In this document: one piece after another, positions 59,219 to 62,639 of the stretch
Layout: each line of letters begins with the position of its first letter
How positions within the stretch are numbered: position 1 is the first letter of the stretch
From: Bacteroidales bacterium
GTDB lineage: Bacteria; Bacteroidota; Bacteroidia; Bacteroidales; UBA7960
Assembly: GCA_035477635.1 (NCBI GenBank)
Contig: DATIKK010000008.1
Location: 1 to 62,639 of the forward strand
Length of the DNA: 62,639 nucleotides
Direction of reading: 5' to 3'
Position numbers and translations under genes: made by a program
Notes under the pieces: model-generated
What the model saw: only the letters and a program-made list of their open reading frames with translations
Databases searched by the model: none
Told to the model about the DNA's origin: nothing

Positions 59219-60139
59219 TTAACGGACTCCAATTCCGCTATCTTCATTAATCCGTTGATATTTGGCGCTATTGGCCGGATCCAATTCGCTCAGGAGGGCA
59301 ATTGCTCTGGTTCGCTCGGCCGGTGCAGATTGTGAGAAAAGATTTACCATTTCATCGCCCTTGGTAGTAAGAATAATCTGAATCAGAAAACTTCCTGGCC
59401 GCTGCCTGTTAGCGTTCTGTATCATTTCAAGCGCCGCTATTACTTGCTGACGGGCCATACCTACATTTTGAGTCATAATGTCGAACCCCAGCCGGTGGTA
59501 TTTATACATGGCCTCACGTACAGGTCTGTAAGCCGTATTGAACATGTTCTCGATCAGCCAGTAACGGTTCCGTTGTCCTTCGAATGATTTCCAGCCCCTT
59601 TCATGGGTATTTTGGGCTTGATTTACAATGTTCTGGGCTTTCTCAAAAAATGCATTTCCGCCAAGGGGTGCAAAAGAGTCGAAATCGAAACCAAGTATTA
59701 CATAGACATAAAATGCAATTAGTGATGTGAGGTTTGATGTAAATACATTATCGGCAAATTCGAGGGGTTGCCCTTCCTGATAAAGAAACTCAACATCTCT
59801 GTCGAGGTGATTGAACATAGGGGAATTATATGAAGTCTGAAAAACCGGACGGCGTGATTGGATTTGAATGGTTCCCCTGAATAGATCGTTGTTACGTTCA
59901 TTTATTGTCAGGGTGATTGAGGCTTCGATCCTTTCTTGTGGCAAGAATTTATACTGTGTCCAGGTTCGTTGATTAACAAACTCCATTAGGTCGGTTTGCA
60001 AGGTATGAAGTATCCTTCTGTCTGTTTCCTGCAGTCCCGGCGAATTTATAACCACTATGCAGTTAAGCTCCTGGGCAACACCTGCCCCATTCCACAAACC
60101 GAAAATCAGAAAAAATCCATAAACTATGAGCTTTCTCAT
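59219..60139 (-). CDS. DUF4835-family protein (Bacteroidota-specific, PorD-like)
   Basis: The product has a signal peptide (MRKLIVYGFFLIFGLWNGAGVAQ). Its position between rpoZ and recN is the conserved Bacteroidota arrangement. The track start at 60208 is TTG and would overlap rpoZ by 50 nt, so the ATG at 60139 is preferred. Confidence 0.6.
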   Translation of the reverse strand: MRKLIVYGFFLIFGLWNGAGVAQELNCIVVINSPGLQETDRRILHTLQTDLMEFVNQRTWTQYKFLPQERIEASITLTINERNNDLFRGTIQIQSRRPVFQTSYNSPMFNHLDRDVEFLYQEGQPLEFADNVFTSNLTSLIAFYVYVILGFDFDSFAPLGGNAFFEKAQNIVNQAQNTHERGWKSFEGQRNRYWLIENMFNTAYRPVREAMYKYHRLGFDIMTQNVGMARQQVIAALEMIQNANRQRPGSFLIQIILTTKGDEMVNLFSQSAPAERTRAIALLSELDPANSAKYQRINEDSGIGVR

Positions 60140-60158
60140 CAGTTCTGGTATTACTCTT

Positions 60159-60470
60159 TTATGGAATCCGGTAATATATTTTCCCGTGTTGGTATTCATA
60201 AATAGCAACCAGGGTTGGCTTGGGAAGTTGTTCGTAATGCTTTGCTATTTCAACTTGCTCACGGTTTTCAAAAACTTCCTCCAGGTTATCTGTTGAAGAT
60301 GTAAATTCATCGAGTTTGTTGCTCAACTCTTCTTTAACGTTAAGGGCAATTTGATTCGATCTTTTTGAAATAATTGCAACTGTCTGATATATATTTCCGG
60401 TTTCACGGGCAAATTCTCTCAGATCGCGAGTAACAGTGTTAATTTCAGGTTTCGATTTTTTTAATTCCAT
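60159..60470 (-). CDS. rpoZ: DNA-directed RNA polymerase omega subunit (Bacteroidota long form)
   Basis: The 103 aa protein has the block NIYQTVAIISKRSNQIA. It lies immediately downstream of bamD, as in other Bacteroidota. Confidence 0.65.
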   Translation of the reverse strand: MELKKSKPEINTVTRDLREFARETGNIYQTVAIISKRSNQIALNVKEELSNKLDEFTSSTDNLEEVFENREQVEIAKHYEQLPKPTLVAIYEYQHGKIYYRIP

Positions 60471-60475
60471 AATCT

Positions 60476-61312
60476 TTATTGATTTTCAGAAATTTGGTCG
60501 ATAGGCTTTAGGCGGTTGATACTTGCCTGGGCATTATCACGTAACTGTTCCGATTGTGCCAGAAACCTGCTTTCCGGAAACTGCCTGATTAATCGGTTAT
60601 GTGCCGTAATAACAGCACCAAATCGTTCTAACTGCCTGGCAACAATGCTATGGTAGGCAAACTCAAAATTAGCCTGCACAATGCGGAAAAGTGCCTCCTC
60701 TCTTAGGCGGGTATCAGGAAAATCCCTGATAAGAACATTAAATGTAGTAACAGCAGCCGTGTATTGCGACAGATAGTAAAAAAGCATTGCCTGATCAAAA
60801 ACCTTTTGTTCGAGGCGCTTCCGAAGCTCATCGATCAGGCGGTTTGACTCCTCCACCCTTTCGCTGGCAGGAAAACGGTTCACAAAGGTTTGAAATGAAG
60901 CAATTGCCTCACGGGTGGCCTTTTGGTCGAGACTTGAGCGAGGAGCAATCAGGTATTTTGTATAAGCAGCAAGGAAAAGAAATTCCTCAGCGTGCCTGCT
61001 ACGTGGAAATGCCTGGTAAAAATTCATAAAAAGTTCGCTGGCCATTATATAATCGCGCATTCTGTAATGCACCATTGTATAATAATAGTTTACGTCCTCC
61101 GATCGTAATGTACCCCTGAAGACAGGTATAAGATTAGTTAGTAATCCAAGCGCCCTGTCATAATTTTCATTTTCGTAGTACTCTACGGCGCGGGTAAACT
61201 GAAGTTCATGGTCAGTGCTTCTCAGCAATCTTTGATAACCACTGCACGAAACGGCTATAAGCAAAATCAGCAGGGATGCAATAACAGGAGTTCTGGATAA
61301 TGTTTTTAACAT
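60476..61312 (-). CDS. bamD: Outer membrane protein assembly factor BamD (TPR lipoprotein)
   Basis: The product has a lipobox (LLIAVSCSG) and TPR-like repeats. The track start at 61363 is TTG, so the ATG at 61312 (MLKTLSRTPVIASLL) is preferred. Confidence 0.75.
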   Translation of the reverse strand: MLKTLSRTPVIASLLILLIAVSCSGYQRLLRSTDHELQFTRAVEYYENENYDRALGLLTNLIPVFRGTLRSEDVNYYYTMVHYRMRDYIMASELFMNFYQAFPRSRHAEEFLFLAAYTKYLIAPRSSLDQKATREAIASFQTFVNRFPASERVEESNRLIDELRKRLEQKVFDQAMLFYYLSQYTAAVTTFNVLIRDFPDTRLREEALFRIVQANFEFAYHSIVARQLERFGAVITAHNRLIRQFPESRFLAQSEQLRDNAQASINRLKPIDQISENQ

Positions 61313-61435
61313 GAATGTTTCAAAGAAATAAATTGCTTTGACAAAGGAAGCAAATTCGTTCAAATAATTTGCAAAGGTAACATTTTTTAACGTTCAAGCA
61401 AATTATTGGAAGATGAACCCTTTTTGAAACCTTCC

Positions 61436-62182
61436 CTATCTGAAAAATTGTTTAAGATTTGCATAACCCGATTTACTAACCGAAACCTTCTGCCCGTTCT
61501 TTAATTTAGCTATAAAAGCGTCTTTCGAATAAGGTTCAATCTTTCTGATTGCATCGATGCGTATTAGATATGAACGGTGAACTTTCACAAAAAAGTCAGG
61601 ATCAAGGTTTTCTTCAAAATATTTAAGTGTTTTCTTCTTCAAAAAGGTATCATTTGCGGTACATATTTTAACATAATCGTCGGCAGCTTCAACGTACAGG
61701 ATTAAATGCTCCGGAATAATCTGCAACCCCTGGCTTGTCCGCAGTACTACCCTTTCAAGATATTTACCAGGCAGTGCCGTTGTCTCAATGGTTTTCTTAC
61801 GCCTGCCTCCTGATTCTTTCTGGACTTTAAGTATTTGTAAGGCTTTTTCAACTGATTGCTTAAACCTGTTAGCCGAAATTGGTTTCAAGAGATAATCAAT
61901 TGCGTTATGGTCAAATGCCTTAATTGCATACTGATCATAGGCTGTAGTAAAAATAACCACAGGAAACTCTTCATCGTCAAGAAGTTCGAGCATTTCAAAC
62001 CCGTTAAGCCTTGGCATCTGGATGTCGAGAAAAACCAAATCGGGTTTATACTGCCCTATTGCCTTAATTCCCTCAAACCCGTCAATACATTCAGCTATGA
62101 GTTCGATTTGAGGAAATTCTGTAAGGAAAATCCTGATCAGGTCGCGGGCAGGCTTTTCATCATCAATAATTATGGTAGTCAC
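61436..62182 (-). CDS. LytTR-family response regulator (REC + LytTR DNA-binding domain)
   Basis: The receiver domain has IIIDDEKPARD, VFLDIQMPRLNG and LLKP. The C-terminal LytTR domain has YVEAADDYVKI...VHRSYLIRI. The track ATG at 62245 adds 21 atypical residues and overlaps the kinase by 62 nt. A GTG at 62182 (giving TTIIIDDE) or at 62191 is more typical, so the start is uncertain. Confidence 0.8.
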   Translation of the reverse strand: MTTIIIDDEKPARDLIRIFLTEFPQIELIAECIDGFEGIKAIGQYKPDLVFLDIQMPRLNGFEMLELLDDEEFPVVIFTTAYDQYAIKAFDHNAIDYLLKPISANRFKQSVEKALQILKVQKESGGRRKKTIETTALPGKYLERVVLRTSQGLQIIPEHLILYVEAADDYVKICTANDTFLKKKTLKYFEENLDPDFFVKVHRSYLIRIDAIRKIEPYSKDAFIAKLKNGQKVSVSKSGYANLKQFFR

Positions 62183-62183
62183 C

Positions 62184-62639
62184 TTATTCACGGAAAATTT
62201 TTTTGGGAAAGGTAAGGCTTGCAGTAAAGGTAGTTTGCCCTGCATTTATGGTGAGCAATTTGCCATTTCCATAAATCAATCGCAACCTATTTCTGATATT
62301 GCTTAGCCCCACGCCCTCAGCTTTAAACCTGGCTAAATTACTGTCGTAGGTATTGCTTACCGAATATGTTACAGAATTATCAGAATTCTCTTCGGCAGTG
62401 AAGACAATCTTCACATTTCCCGGGGTATTTTGCACCCCATGTTTAATGGAGTTCTCGAACAAAGGCTGAAGGATCATAACTGGAACCTCAAGGTTAAGCA
62501 TAGTCTCCTCAACTTCTTCAAAACAGGTCTGCAACCTGTCACCAAAACGTACTCTTTCAATATTCAGATAAAGCTGCACATTCTCCAATTCATTTTGCAG
62601 CGAAGTCAATTGCATTGCATCTTGTTTTAAGGCATAACG
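62184..62639 (-). CDS. LytS/YehU-type sensor histidine kinase, C-terminal part (gene runs off the window)
   Basis: The block YLNIERVRFGDRL and the HATPase boxes are present (FENSIKHG, GVGLSNIRNRL). The reading frame stays open upstream of the track ATG to position 62639, so the gene is 5'-truncated by the window edge. Confidence 0.8.
   Translation of the reverse strand, partial: RYALKQDAMQLTSLQNELENVQLYLNIERVRFGDRLQTCFEEVEETMLNLEVPVMILQPLFENSIKHGVQNTPGNVKIVFTAEENSDNSVTYSVSNTYDSNLARFKAEGVGLSNIRNRLRLIYGNGKLLTINAGQTTFTASLTFPKKIFRE

Noticed and set aside
1-62639. Search for CRISPR arrays, rRNA and tRNA genes, transposases, integrases, phage genes and defence systems.
   Set aside because: I saw no regularly spaced repeats and no ORF with transposase, integrase or recombinase motifs. 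No intergenic region had tRNA-like or rRNA-like features. The window reads as core chromosome.

Overview
This 62.6 kb window looks like core chromosome from a strictly anaerobic member of the Bacteroidota. Supporting signs are TAnnTTTG-type -7 promoter boxes 25-50 nt upstream of several starts, bamD-rpoZ-DUF4835-recN synteny, and a 5'-nucleotidase split into two genes. It is densely coding on both strands, with about 53 protein genes. I found no rRNA, tRNA, CRISPR array, transposase or integrase. Housekeeping genes include ribD, ribF, dxs, zupT, smpB, secA, gyrA, clpC, fabI, recN, rpoZ and bamD, plus an etfBA / membrane Fe-S oxidoreductase / acyl-CoA dehydrogenase operon. The stand-out region is about 6.5-23.1 kb, an [FeFe]-hydrogenase island. 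It contains hydC-hydB-hydA, a NuoE/NuoF-like pair plus a HydA with canonical H-cluster motifs, which is the trimeric electron-bifurcating architecture. This catalytic enzyme is flanked by two different sensory-type hydrogenase paralogues. The first is an H-domain + PAS protein translationally coupled to a PP2C phosphatase, preceded by a small 2Fe-2S ferredoxin and transcribed divergently. The second is an H-domain fused directly to a histidine kinase, followed by a stand-alone receiver, a receiver-kinase, the NADH sensor Rex, ribF, an MBL hydrolase, the maturase hydG, two tandem TM1266-like small regulators and an Rrf2 Fe-S regulator. None of the two-component proteins carries a DNA-binding output domain. 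I also found a candidate Rex box next to the hydC start, a 25-bp palindrome in the divergent control region, 18-nt direct repeats after hydA, and a ~38-nt near-identical leader motif shared by two unrelated genes 17 kb apart. All protein calls come from reading motifs by eye. No database search was possible. Several ORF-track N-termini start at TTG or GTG and were trimmed to the first plausible ATG.
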